64,000 nt of DNA from a virus. Lineage: Duplodnaviria; Caudoviricetes. The notes beneath the pieces are model-generated. The model was not told the origin of the DNA. It worked only from the letters and a program-made list of their open reading frames with translations, and did no database searches. The DNA lies in IMG/VR virus record IMGVR_UViG_2912464834_000002; one strand, 5' to 3'. The position numbers and the translations under genes were made by a program. Positions 53,867-63,227 of this stretch are shown here, piece after piece. Every line of letters starts with the position of its first letter. Within the stretch, counting starts at the first letter, position 1.

Positions 53867-54621
53867 GATGCGTCTCCTGCGCGGGCGGTGTCGTACTTGG
53901 CTTTGGCTTCGCGGTAGTGTTCGTCGCAGCAGAAGCCTTGGCCCATCCAAAGCGAGGACGACGGATTGCCGCAGAAGCAGGACGGCATGGGGTTCGCCTG
54001 GTTTGCGTTGAACCAGAACTGAGCATGCTTGCCGTGCGGCGCGTCGAAATCGGGGAGGTGGCCCGGACCGGCCAAGGTATTGACGATCCAGCTCAGGCCC
54101 GCTTCAGCGCCGTTGCCGTGCTGCCACTCGATAACGGCGGACTGCATGGCAACGGTTTGGTCGTGGATGATGTCCGACAGCGTCTTGATGAGAGACTCCG
54201 ACCGCACGACGTCGCGCGTCTTCTGTTCTTCACGCTTCAGACGCTCGCGCATCGATTCGTGCTTCTTTTCGCGCACATACAACGCGACTGGACCGTCCTC
54301 GGTGTCGTAGATTTCGAGTAGGAGCCAGCCGTCGCCGGCCGGCGCGCTCGGCGTCCAGAAGCTGCAGTTCGCACTGTTGGATGAGAAGTACTGGTCATAC
54401 GTGTCGCAATCGACGTCGTTCTCCATATGGATGAACGCGGCTTCGATACCGAACGCAGCGAAGAACGTCTCGTAGTTCACATCCTCGTCGAGGTACGGGA
54501 CGGCGGGGTGCGACAGCATGCCTTCCTCGTCGCGCACGATCTCGCGCGGCGTGAGAATCGCGCGGCGCAGCCCCTGGAGGTCGGCCGGCATAGCGGCGCG
54601 CGGGGTATCGGTGGTGGTCAT
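53863..54621 (-). CDS. Hypothetical phage protein
   Basis: 252 aa; EIYDTEDGP motif; coupled. Confidence 0.65.
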   Translation of the reverse strand: MTTTDTPRAAMPADLQGLRRAILTPREIVRDEEGMLSHPAVPYLDEDVNYETFFAAFGIEAAFIHMENDVDCDTYDQYFSSNSANCSFWTPSAPAGDGWLLLEIYDTEDGPVALYVREKKHESMRERLKREEQKTRDVVRSESLIKTLSDIIHDQTVAMQSAVIEWQHGNGAEAGLSWIVNTLAGPGHLPDFDAPHGKHAQFWFNANQANPMPSCFCGNPSSSLWMGQGFCCDEHYREAKAKYDTARAGDAS

Positions 54622-55013
54622 TGTTCCCGGCCCTCCATGTCGGCAGCGGTGATGACATACTGGCGCACATTGACGACGCTGTAGAACGTCGGCTTCGCGT
54701 GCTTCTCGATCCAGCCGGCCAGCAGCGCATCGAGTTCGGCCCTTGCTTCTGGCATGACGTCCGGGTAGCCGTCCGCATATTCGCCGACCTCGTCGTAGGC
54801 ACGATTGCCCATCGTGTCAATCACGTCGTCCGCATCGCACAGATACTTGATCGAGATGGGTTCAACATCTCCGACGTACACGACGTCGCCGATGGCGAGG
54901 TCCTCGTATGTGTCGAGCAGCTCATCGAGCTCGTCACACGTGAAATCCTCGTTGTTGCGGCTCCAGACGACGCGCACATCAGCTGCCTGGCTGTTTTCGG
55001 TTTGGGTGGTCAT
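54618..55013 (-). CDS. Hypothetical acidic phage protein
   Basis: 131 aa, GAGGAG RBS. Confidence 0.65.
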   Translation of the reverse strand: MTTQTENSQAADVRVVWSRNNEDFTCDELDELLDTYEDLAIGDVVYVGDVEPISIKYLCDADDVIDTMGNRAYDEVGEYADGYPDVMPEARAELDALLAGWIEKHAKPTFYSVVNVRQYVITAADMEGREQ

Positions 55014-55023
55014 GGGACACTCC

Positions 55024-56169
55024 TCAGAAGGTTCTCGTGAGATCGCGATCGACGGCTTTACCCAGCGAACGCAGAAGGTTCGCGAGGCTCGCGCGATCGT
55101 GGTGGCTGGCGGTTGCCTGCCGCAGCAGGCCGAAATACGAATTCGCGACCGGCATCAGATCGCCGGCTGGTGTCTCGGCGACGCGCCGCAGGGCTTCGTT
55201 GCGCGTGCGTTTCCGCGTCTCGCGACGCCATGGCTTGATGACCTGACCGACGAAGTCGATGCCGCGGTCAATCGGCTGGAGGATGGTTTTGCGCGGGTTG
55301 ATCCGCGCGCCGAGCTGCGTGGGCAGGAACGCGGTGACGTCGGCGAGGATCGCGTTCAAGCGCGCCGGCGACTCGTGCAGGAACACGAAATCGTCGACGT
55401 ACCGGATGTAGTGCCGCGCGCGGAGCACATGCTTCGCGCGCTGATCGAGAACGTCGAGGTACACGTTCGCGAAGAACTGGCTCGACAGGTTGCCGATCGG
55501 AAGGCCAAGGTGCTCGGCTTGTTCCATCAGGCGCTTGTGCGGCGGCACGAGCTCGATCATTGCCGGGTCGCCGTGGTGTTCGAAGTCGGCCCGTGGATCG
55601 TGCATCAGCACGCGCTCGGTCAGCGCACGCCAAAACGGCTCGGAGATCTTCGCGAAGAGCAGGTCGAGCAGGATGCGCTTGTCGATGCTGACGAAGAAGT
55701 TCGCGAGATCGCACTTCAGGTAGAACGCGCGACGCGACCAGTTCTGCGTGATCGATCGCACCTTCGCTTCGAGGCGCTGCGCGGCGTATAGCGTGCCGCG
55801 GCCCTTGATGCAGGCGCATGAATCGGCGATGAAGGACCGCTCGAAGCTCGGGCCGATCCGGTTGTAAAGCAGGTGGTGCACGATGCGATCGCGAAATGCG
55901 GCCGCCCAGACTTCGCGCGGCTTCGGTCTCGTGATGACGAAGCATTTCGAGCGGCCGGGTGTGTAACTGCCTTCGGCCAGCTCGTCGTACAGGCGTCGCA
56001 GGTTGCGTTCGAGCCGCATTTCGAACGCGAGCGCTGCATTGCTGTTTCGCTTCGTTCGCCGGCAGTCGAGATACGCTTCGACCAGCTCGGCGAACGAAAA
56101 TGGCCCTCGATCTGCGGACGGCTCGGGCGCGCAACTCGTTGTTCTGGTGGTTGTTGTTCTGGTTGCCAT
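55024..56169 (-). CDS. DGR reverse transcriptase (copy 2)
   Basis: Same motifs as copy 1 (GNLSSQ, YVDD); start uncertain. Confidence 0.93.
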   Translation of the reverse strand: MATRTTTTRTTSCAPEPSADRGPFSFAELVEAYLDCRRTKRNSNAALAFEMRLERNLRRLYDELAEGSYTPGRSKCFVITRPKPREVWAAAFRDRIVHHLLYNRIGPSFERSFIADSCACIKGRGTLYAAQRLEAKVRSITQNWSRRAFYLKCDLANFFVSIDKRILLDLLFAKISEPFWRALTERVLMHDPRADFEHHGDPAMIELVPPHKRLMEQAEHLGLPIGNLSSQFFANVYLDVLDQRAKHVLRARHYIRYVDDFVFLHESPARLNAILADVTAFLPTQLGARINPRKTILQPIDRGIDFVGQVIKPWRRETRKRTRNEALRRVAETPAGDLMPVANSYFGLLRQATASHHDRASLANLLRSLGKAVDRDLTRTF

Positions 56170-56200
56170 TGTTGAAGTTCTGGTACCACGCCCAGCCGGA
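56110..56200 (-). repeat. DGR template repeat TR2
   Basis: Identical to TR1 except position 56123 (A on the TR strand, versus C at 7718). Confidence 0.95.
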
Positions 56201-56362
56201 GGTATCGTGCGATCTACGTCGCCCGACCGATTTCTCAGTCGGGAAACTGCGCTGGACCTTTCCGCACGCCGGCGGCCGGTTTCCTCATTGCGCATGGCGG
56301 TGGCTTTGTGAGCCAGCGGCACGGCCAGATTGATATATCGCTCAGCCGCGAAGGCCTTGACC

Positions 56363-56719
56363 TTAGCGGAGCGGGCGACGGTTTGCGGCGTTCTTCCAGC
56401 CTGTGGCCTGCTTCCCGATGCTCGTCGTCTTCTCGACGGCAGCTGCGTAGCCGTCACGTGAGATCAGGCGCTTGTCCATACTGAGACGAAGCAGCAGCTC
56501 GATCACCTGCAGACGCTCGAGCAATTCGACGAGGTGCGGAGCCTTGTCGGCCGCGACGTTCGCGCGGAACACCAACACCATGATCTCGATGCACTCCGCG
56601 TTGATCTTCTCGCCGATGCTGCGCTTGAAGTCGCGGGGCATGTTCTTGACCAAAGTGGTGACATCATCGAGCAGCCCATAGGCCGCTCGATATATCGGAA
56701 GTTGGTTGTGCAGGGCCAC
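56363..56719 (-). CDS. avd: DGR accessory variability determinant, copy 2
   Basis: 118 aa, four substitutions relative to copy 1. Confidence 0.88.
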   Translation of the reverse strand: MALHNQLPIYRAAYGLLDDVTTLVKNMPRDFKRSIGEKINAECIEIMVLVFRANVAADKAPHLVELLERLQVIELLLRLSMDKRLISRDGYAAAVEKTTSIGKQATGWKNAANRRPLR

Positions 56720-56733
56720 GGCGGGTTAAATAA

Positions 56734-57198
56734 TCAAAAAACTGAAGGGATAAATCTGCGGACGGCGCGGGCGCGCAACTCGCAGTTCTGGCGGGTGTTG
56801 CGCTGGGTGCCATGGCTGAAGTCCTGGTACCACGCCCAGCCGGAGTTCGATTCGTGGCGTTCACCGGACCAGTAATAGGTCGGCTCGAACTCGGCCTTCA
56901 GGTTCGCGAACAGGAGCGATTGCTCCCGCCGCGTCGGCAGTTCGCCGCCACGTTCGGCGGCCCACGTCTTCGCCGCCTCCCAATCCAGATCTTCGGCTTC
57001 CCCCGGCAGGAGAATCAGGTAGTGGCTCAACGAGCCGTCTTCGAGAAGGATCTGCCCGGCGATGCGCTCGCCGGCAGCGAGCGGGACCGTGACGGCGTCG
57101 ACGTAGTACTCGGTCGCCCGCGGTTGCTTCTTGAACTCGTCGATCATCGCGCCGATGCGCGCGTGATCTGCTTCAATCTGTTCGAGCGTGATCGTCAT
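56734..57198 (-). CDS. DGR target A2 (DUF1566/CLec-like)
   Basis: Close homolog of 8329-8793 with a different VR. Confidence 0.9.
   Translation of the reverse strand: MTITLEQIEADHARIGAMIDEFKKQPRATEYYVDAVTVPLAAGERIAGQILLEDGSLSHYLILLPGEAEDLDWEAAKTWAAERGGELPTRREQSLLFANLKAEFEPTYYWSGERHESNSGWAWYQDFSHGTQRNTRQNCELRARAVRRFIPSVF
56754..56844 (-). repeat. Variable repeat VR2a
   Basis: 11 mismatches to TR2, all at adenines. Confidence 0.95.
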
Positions 57199-57228
57199 TG
57201 CATGCTCCGATTGTGAATGGCTGAAGGG

Positions 57229-57591
57229 TTAAATCGACAATCTGCGGACGGCGCGGGCGCGCAACTCGCTGCTCTGGAGGTCGCCGTACTGGAAGCCATT
57301 GGCGAAGTACTGGGACCACGCCCAGCCGGCGAAATCCGGGTCATCGTCCGGCGTGTTCGACCAGTACGCAGCCTTCTCGAACAGGTCGCGGTGCTGCTCG
57401 TATGCGATCACGAGCTCGGCGCGCGTCGGCAGGTCTCCACCGCGGCTCTTGGCCCAGTCCATCTGTTCCTGCCACGTCCCGCGATCGTTCTCGCCGGGCA
57501 GCAGGATCGTGTGCGTGACGTCGCCATTCCTGTCGACGAAGCCGCCGAGGTAGACCTCGCCGTCGGCGAGCGTGGGAAGCTGGATCTGCAT
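57229..57591 (-). CDS. DGR target B2 (DUF1566/CLec-like)
   Basis: Homolog of 8824-9186; GGAG RBS before MQIQLPT. Confidence 0.9.
   Translation of the reverse strand: MQIQLPTLADGEVYLGGFVDRNGDVTHTILLPGENDRGTWQEQMDWAKSRGGDLPTRAELVIAYEQHRDLFEKAAYWSNTPDDDPDFAGWAWSQYFANGFQYGDLQSSELRARAVRRLSI
57240..57329 (-). repeat. Variable repeat VR2b
   Basis: 14 mismatches to TR2, all at adenines. Confidence 0.95.
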
Positions 57592-57600
57592 GGTTTCTCC

Positions 57601-57632
57601 GGAAAAGAGAAGGGCGCCGATTGGCGCCCTTC
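57601..57632 (-). terminator. Intrinsic terminator upstream of DGR2
   Basis: 10-bp stem GAAGGGCGCC/GGCGCCCTTC followed by TCTTTT on the minus strand. Confidence 0.65.
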
Positions 57633-57680
57633 GAATGCCGCGCGGACCGAGGTATGCCGCGCGGGATAGGCTCTGTTGAA

Positions 57681-58304
57681 TCAGCGGGGCATCCACTGCG
57701 TGCCGCGCACGATCCGGCCGACTGGTTCGAGCACGAGCACCTCGGATTCCTTCTCGCTGCGCACGAGTGCGCTGCCGCGACGCTGGGCTTTCTCCAGCGA
57801 TTCGTGGCGTTGCGGCTTGCAGTTGCGGCCGACCGTGACGAACAGCGGCGCGCGTGTGCCGACCGGGCCGAGCGTCAGCTCGTCGATGCGGGCCTCGAGA
57901 GCCGCGGCGTTCGCTCGCCAGGTGTCGGCTTTCTGCTGCGCGGCGTCGCGCTCGGCCGCGAGGCGTTCGACGTCGGCGCGCAGGTCCGCGATGACCCGTG
58001 CAACGTCGATGACGCCTGCGTTCGGGTCCAGCGACTTATCGATCAGGCCGACCGATGCCAGCGCCGGCGCGGCTGCGGCCGGCGGCGTGTCGCCAGGCGG
58101 CGGGGGCGCCTTCACTGCGCGCGCGAGCCAGTACACGTACTCGTTGCCGCCGCCCGCGCGCTTCTCACGCTCGACCAGCCCATCGCCAAGCATGCGGTTC
58201 AACTCCTTCGTCACGTCGAGCTGCGGAAGCCCGGTTCCGGTCGCCACGGCCTTCGCCGTGGCTTCCGACGTATCAGCGAGATACCGCTCGATGTCCTCTC
58301 TCAC
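57681..58304 (-). CDS. wHTH + coiled-coil hypothetical protein
   Basis: ATAKAVATGTGL...ELNRMLGDGLV. Confidence 0.65.
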   Translation of the reverse strand: MREDIERYLADTSEATAKAVATGTGLPQLDVTKELNRMLGDGLVEREKRAGGGNEYVYWLARAVKAPPPPGDTPPAAAAPALASVGLIDKSLDPNAGVIDVARVIADLRADVERLAAERDAAQQKADTWRANAAALEARIDELTLGPVGTRAPLFVTVGRNCKPQRHESLEKAQRRGSALVRSEKESEVLVLEPVGRIVRGTQWMPR

Positions 58305-60067
58305 GCTGCCTCCCGTACGGCGCTTGGCGCGGTGGCGCTGACCCGTCCATCCTCGACCCAGAACGCCTCGATGCCTTCGGGTAGCCCAGTGGGTGGCGTT
58401 TTCAGGCTCATGAACACGAGCGCCATGTCGACCTGGTCGGTGTATGCGAGGTCGTCGAGCCAGTACAGCAGCCGGTCACGCTCCGGCCCGACCAGCACAT
58501 CGGCGCGATCAAGGACGAGCAGTTTCAGGCCCGAGAAGTGGCTGATCGCTGCGGCGATGTGCGCGTCGGCGCGCCAGCGTTCCGATTCCGACAGTAAGGC
58601 GTACGCACGACCGTTCGCGAGGATCTCCATTTCCGGCGTGATCGTGACGTCGGCCCATTCAGACAGCTCGGCGAGCGCGGTCAAGCGCTCATTCATCGGG
58701 GTCAGCGCTTCGCGCAGTAGGTCGGCCGGAATTCCGTTCGGCGCCAGCGCGTCGGCGATTGCTTCCCAGACGGCCACGTCCTGATACAGCGCGAAAGCCT
58801 TACCCGTGATCTCGATTGCGGCGGCGGCGCGGCGCTCGGCGTCGCATGCGGCCGCGATGTCCGTATCGAGCTGCGTGCGGCGTTGCATCAGCGCGCCGAG
58901 CTCGCGGCGCGCCGCGTCGATCGCCTCGCCCGATGAGTCGCCAGCGCCGGCAGTCGCTTCGTTCTCCAGGTCCTTCAGCTGCTTCGCCGCCGCGTCAGCG
59001 GCTTCAAGTTCCGCGCGGCGATTGCGGGCGGCGTTCTGCAGCACCGTGAGGCTGCGCTCGTACTCGGGCAGTTTCGCGATCGCTTCATCATCGCGCGCGC
59101 CGGCTGCGGCGGCGGCCGTGAGCGCGCCATGCAGGAAACGCAGCAGCGCGCCGCATTCCGGGCAGCTGCATTCCGTGCCGGCCGGCACGGCGCCGGCGCG
59201 CACGCGCATTGCATCGACCTGCGGCTGGAACTCCGCGAGCTGGTCGTCGGCCAGCTGAGCCAGCTCGGCGGCTTTCGCGTAGCCGGATGCCTTGTCGCGC
59301 AGCGCGGCGATTTTCGAAGCGCGGGCGCGCGCGGCGGCTTCGCCGGCCTCGGCCGCGCCGATCTGGCGCTGCAGCTCGCCGACGTCGCCGTCGAGCGACG
59401 CGCGCTCGCCTTCGAGCTTGCGCAGCGCCGCCGTGTCGAAGTTGACCGGTGCCGGTCGCCAATCCGCGGCCTTCTGGCTGCCGTACGTTTCACCGGTCGT
59501 CGCACGCCATGCCTGCTTCGCGCCGCGCGCGCGATCCGCCGCTTCCTTCTGCGCGGCCTCGAAACCGGCGCGCAGCATCGGCGTGATCGCCTCGAGCTGG
59601 GCGTCGACGGCGAGCCTGATCACGCGGGCCGGAGACGTCAGCTTGTCGACCAGCCGCGAGCGAATTTCCTGGGCACCGATCTTCACGCCCATCAATTCAT
59701 ACAGGAACGCGCGGCGCGCAGCGGCGTCGAGCTGCGCGAAGCGCTGCGCGTCGAGCACCAGCGGAAGGCGCGGATCTTCGGCGAGCTCGCGCTTCAGCTT
59801 ACCCGACGGCAGCATGACGCTGTTCGCCTGCTCGCCGCACGCGACGACGATCTGACCAGCGTCCGAGCCTTCGGTGACGAGCGAGCCGTATTCCTTCTTC
59901 AGCGCGACGCGCACGGTGTCCCCGGTGAGCGCCATACGCACGGCTTCCTGCAGGCTGCTCTTGCCGGCGCCGTTCGGGCCGGCGAAGAGTGCGACGGGTT
60001 TCGACAGCCGCAGGTCCGCGGCGTGGATCCCGAGCACTTTCGAGACGTAGATGTCGGTGATCTTCAT
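58301..60067 (-). CDS. SMC/Rad50-like ATPase
   Basis: GPNGAGKS Walker A, coiled coils, CPEC hook, LSESE signature, LVLD Walker B. Confidence 0.85.
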   Translation of the reverse strand: MKITDIYVSKVLGIHAADLRLSKPVALFAGPNGAGKSSLQEAVRMALTGDTVRVALKKEYGSLVTEGSDAGQIVVACGEQANSVMLPSGKLKRELAEDPRLPLVLDAQRFAQLDAAARRAFLYELMGVKIGAQEIRSRLVDKLTSPARVIRLAVDAQLEAITPMLRAGFEAAQKEAADRARGAKQAWRATTGETYGSQKAADWRPAPVNFDTAALRKLEGERASLDGDVGELQRQIGAAEAGEAAARARASKIAALRDKASGYAKAAELAQLADDQLAEFQPQVDAMRVRAGAVPAGTECSCPECGALLRFLHGALTAAAAAGARDDEAIAKLPEYERSLTVLQNAARNRRAELEAADAAAKQLKDLENEATAGAGDSSGEAIDAARRELGALMQRRTQLDTDIAAACDAERRAAAAIEITGKAFALYQDVAVWEAIADALAPNGIPADLLREALTPMNERLTALAELSEWADVTITPEMEILANGRAYALLSESERWRADAHIAAAISHFSGLKLLVLDRADVLVGPERDRLLYWLDDLAYTDQVDMALVFMSLKTPPTGLPEGIEAFWVEDGRVSATAPSAVREAA

Positions 60068-60079
60068 GGGAGGTTCCGG

Positions 60080-61138
60080 TTAGTCGGCGCTGATCGGCCC
60101 GCGTGCGCGGCGCGGCGCACCGGCTCGCGGCTGTTGCTGAGCCTGTTCGGCAGCCGCGGTGATGGCACGCATGCGCGCCGATGCCGCCGCGTTCAGGTCC
60201 GCCTTCGCGGCCTCGTCCGGCACACCGGCGATCGCGCTGCGCGCGAGGTCGAGGTCCTCGGCAGTCGCCGCGGACTCGATGTCCTCGCGAATGCCGCGCA
60301 CCAGGCCGTCGACGTCGAACTCAAACCCGCCTTGGCTCTGGCCGGCCTCGCCGCGAGGCTCGTCCTGGTCGTCGACCCGATCGGCTCGGGTAGCTGCCGG
60401 TGGCGCGTCGGCCGCGCGCGAGTCCGTCGCGGGACCGGTCTGCGCCGGCTCGGCGCCGCGCGGTACTTCCTCCGCAGGTTGCGCGCGGCCGTTGCGCAGC
60501 TCTTCGAGCGTACTAGTCACTGCAACCGAGCCGTCGGCTCGCACTTCGACGGTATCGATCAGTTCTTCCTGTGACGAAAGTCCCATGCTGATCTCGGGGG
60601 CGTAGGCCCGCTGCCAGAACGCGGCCGAGCGATACACGAACATCTGGTCGGGCATCGTGAGCCACTTACTGCCGCTCTTCTTGTTCCAGCCTTCAGCCTT
60701 GACCATCTTCCAGTCGATCCAGGTGCCGTTCAGGCGCTCGCCAGTCGACTTCTCGATCGTCCATGCCCGACAGCCGAAGTCGTCACTGCCTTCGGTGCCG
60801 CGCCATTCGTAGCGCAGCGTCTCGAACCGGCCGCATGTGTTCACGCTGGCGATCAGGAACTTGCTCGACCAGCCGGGGTTGCCGTGGACGATGTATAGGT
60901 TCTGCATGACCATCAGCTCGTCGGCGCCGAGGCGGCGCGCGAGATTCAGCGCGATCATGCAGTTCGCGACGTTGTTCTGGTAGTGAGCGGGGACCAGCGA
61001 CGAAGACGCGAAAGCCTTGGCGACGCGCTGCAACAGCTCGAAGCCTTGAAGATCGAAGAAGCCCGCGCGAACAGGCGGCAGCGATGCCTCGCGCGGCGCG
61101 GGATTGCGGATAGCTTCCAGGGTGGTAGGCGTGGACAT
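60080..61138 (-). CDS. RecT/Bet-like recombination protein
   Basis: NCMIAL..A...VMQNLYIVHGNP...W..MPDQM..YR. Confidence 0.7.
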   Translation of the reverse strand: MSTPTTLEAIRNPAPREASLPPVRAGFFDLQGFELLQRVAKAFASSSLVPAHYQNNVANCMIALNLARRLGADELMVMQNLYIVHGNPGWSSKFLIASVNTCGRFETLRYEWRGTEGSDDFGCRAWTIEKSTGERLNGTWIDWKMVKAEGWNKKSGSKWLTMPDQMFVYRSAAFWQRAYAPEISMGLSSQEELIDTVEVRADGSVAVTSTLEELRNGRAQPAEEVPRGAEPAQTGPATDSRAADAPPAATRADRVDDQDEPRGEAGQSQGGFEFDVDGLVRGIREDIESAATAEDLDLARSAIAGVPDEAAKADLNAAASARMRAITAAAEQAQQQPRAGAPRRARGPISAD

Positions 61139-61152
61139 GGAGATCTCGCGGG

Positions 61153-61962
61153 TTAATCGTGGAACTGGCAGGTGCCGTGGCGCGGGCAGTACTTCTTGTC
61201 GCACAGCAGCGATTTCGGGTTAGGGTAGAAGCGGCCGGACCGGAACATGTCCGCGGCGAACTGGATCAGCCCCGGCGTTTCCTCGGTGCCGACCATCACG
61301 CGCTTCGAGTTCGCGATCGGCGCGGTCGCGACTTCTGGCGTGCCCTTCGTTTTCAGGCCGATGATCTCGGCGGTGTCGCCGATTTCCTCGCCGGTCGTGT
61401 GCTCGTACAGCAGCTCGTATGTGCCGATCTGCGGGCCGTGCCCCTTCGTGACGGCCGCGCCTTTCTGGACTGCGGACGATCCGCTCTTCAGGTCCGCGAT
61501 GCCGACGCCGGCCGCCGAGCGGCGCACGCGCGCGCGATCCATCGTGCCTGTCAGGCGCACGATGACGCCGCCGCCGCAGTCGATTTCGAGCGGCTTCGTT
61601 TCCATCTCGACCGCGACGAAGTTGTAGCGCGGCGCGACCTCGAGGCAGTACTTCGTGGTCAGCGACAGGCCGATGCGTTCCGCGTCGGACATGCTCAGGT
61701 CGTCGCGCTCCGGATCGAACTCGTTCTCGGGGTCGCGCAGCTTGTCGACGAACGCGCCGGCCGCATCGTCGACGGTCAAGCCCGAGCCATCGAGCCGCGC
61801 CTGGTCGAACACGGCCGTGCCAGCGTGAATCGCGGTGCCGAGCGCGGCACGCAGGCCGACCACGTTGCGCATATTCAGGAGGTGGATGCCCTCCCAGCGG
61901 TATGCGCAGTCGAAGAGTGCGCCCCAGCTGGACGCGCGGACGGTGTAGACGGATGGGTTCAT
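61153..61962 (-). CDS. PD-(D/E)XK exonuclease, Cas4/AddB-like
   Basis: GTAIH, GTMD, ADLKS and Q...Y motifs; one N-terminal and three C-terminal Cys. Confidence 0.8.
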   Translation of the reverse strand: MNPSVYTVRASSWGALFDCAYRWEGIHLLNMRNVVGLRAALGTAIHAGTAVFDQARLDGSGLTVDDAAGAFVDKLRDPENEFDPERDDLSMSDAERIGLSLTTKYCLEVAPRYNFVAVEMETKPLEIDCGGGVIVRLTGTMDRARVRRSAAGVGIADLKSGSSAVQKGAAVTKGHGPQIGTYELLYEHTTGEEIGDTAEIIGLKTKGTPEVATAPIANSKRVMVGTEETPGLIQFAADMFRSGRFYPNPKSLLCDKKYCPRHGTCQFHD

Positions 61963-62126
61963 CAGGTTCTCACGAGGTTGGCGACGGCGCTGGTGCCATC
62001 GGCATTGAGGGCGGCGACGGCATACATGCACGCGGCGGCGATCAAGCTCGCGACGATGTAGCTGACGACTGGACTGCGCGCGTGGATGCGTTCGAGCAGC
62101 GCGCCGAGGAAATCGAAGGGAGTCAT
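61962..62126 (-). CDS. Small membrane protein
   Basis: 54 aa, one TM, coupled. Confidence 0.55.
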   Translation of the reverse strand: MTPFDFLGALLERIHARSPVVSYIVASLIAAACMYAVAALNADGTSAVANLVRT

Positions 62127-62308
62127 CCGAGGCTCCGCAGGTAGGGGCCGGCGACCAGCGAGCCGTACCAGAGGGCCGCGATCGCGACGCCGTAGGCGGC
62201 CATCCATGCGCCGGCCTCGGCAGCGCGGCGCAGGCGCGGCGCGCGCGCGGCGACGCGCAGTAGCGCGTTGTCGGTCGGCGCACGAGGAAGCGTGAGCGTG
62301 CGCATCAC
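62123..62308 (-). CDS. Small membrane protein
   Basis: 61 aa, C-terminal TM, coupled. Confidence 0.55.
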   Translation of the reverse strand: MMRTLTLPRAPTDNALLRVAARAPRLRRAAEAGAWMAAYGVAIAALWYGSLVAGPYLRSLG

Positions 62309-62634
62309 AGACCCTCTCCGCAGACGCGCACGTGCCGCACGGGGTCAGCGACCGGGACAGGTGCCGAGTAACCGGCCTTGCCGAGCGCGGCGTCGACGAC
62401 GGCACGGATGCCGGACGTGAGCACCGTTTTTGAGGCGACGAGTCGCAGCGCCGTGACGATGTCAGGCGCCGCTGCGATCAGCTGCGCGCGCGCCTCAGAT
62501 TGTTCGCCCGTGCCGAGCACGATGCAGATTCGTTCGTCTTCGCCGAGCACGACGATGCAGTTGCCGTCGTAGTCGAGGTAATCGCCGGGTTCGCACGCTT
62601 CCCACGGCCCTTGCGGATGGTTGGTCTGTCCCAT
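62305..62634 (-). CDS. Hypothetical phage protein (HTPGPW family)
   Basis: HPQGPW...LIAAAPD...KAGY...HVRVCGEGL; homolog of 9592-9924. Confidence 0.7.
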   Translation of the reverse strand: MGQTNHPQGPWEACEPGDYLDYDGNCIVVLGEDERICIVLGTGEQSEARAQLIAAAPDIVTALRLVASKTVLTSGIRAVVDAALGKAGYSAPVPVADPVRHVRVCGEGL

Positions 62635-62659
62635 GTGGTCTCTCGGTGTGGTGTGCGGC

Positions 62660-62767
62660 TCAGCCGCGGTGGTGGTCGTCTCGGCCCTTGTCCTTGATCG
62701 CGATGGCGATTTCGACGACGAGCCAGAAAGCGAGCAGCGCGAGCGCGCCGATAACGAAGCGGGCCAT
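62660..62767 (-). CDS. 35-aa single-TM peptide (not in the ORF track)
   Basis: MARFVIGALALLAFWLVVEIAIAIKDKGRDDHHRG. Confidence 0.5.
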   Translation of the reverse strand: MARFVIGALALLAFWLVVEIAIAIKDKGRDDHHRG

Positions 62768-62768
62768 G

Positions 62769-63194
62769 TCAGATCCCGCTCAAGAGGCGCAGGCCGGCCG
62801 CGCCGTGGTCTGCGCAGTGGCTGACGCCAGCGTTGCCGGGACCGAGTTCCGCGCCGCATGCTGAGCAGGTCGTCTGCGCGAAGCGCGGTGCGGCGGCGGC
62901 GAGGTCGGCGGCGGCGATACGACGCGCGATCTCGGCGGCGCGCGCGGCGACGAGGATGCCCCAGACCGTGTACACGTCCTCGATGCGGCCGCGTGCCAGC
63001 GCAGCGTCGATCACCGCGCAGTCGGTCGTCGAGATCTCGAGCCTGTCGAATGTGACGCCGTCGGCGATTTCTTCGTTGCGCTCGTCGCGCGCCAGCGCCG
63101 CATCGTCGGCCGCCGCTTGTTGTCGATCGGCGCTCGCATCCTTCCGTGCCGGGAGGGTGCGGACGCTTCCGCCCGTGGAGTTGTTCAGATGCAT
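62769..63194 (-). CDS. Hypothetical protein with C-terminal Cys/His motif
   Basis: CSACG...SHCADH; GGAGGG RBS. Confidence 0.6.
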   Translation of the reverse strand: MHLNNSTGGSVRTLPARKDASADRQQAAADDAALARDERNEEIADGVTFDRLEISTTDCAVIDAALARGRIEDVYTVWGILVAARAAEIARRIAAADLAAAAPRFAQTTCSACGAELGPGNAGVSHCADHGAAGLRLLSGI

Positions 63195-63227
63195 CGCACC
63201 CTCCATGCAGTTGAAATGGACGAAGGG

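Noticed and set aside
55024-57605. Second DGR as an assembly duplication
   Set aside because: The copies differ by many synonymous changes, have distinct VRs and have different flanking genes.
61153-61962. Cas4-like gene as evidence of CRISPR-Cas
   Set aside because: No cas1/cas2 or array; its context next to a RecT-like gene indicates phage recombination.
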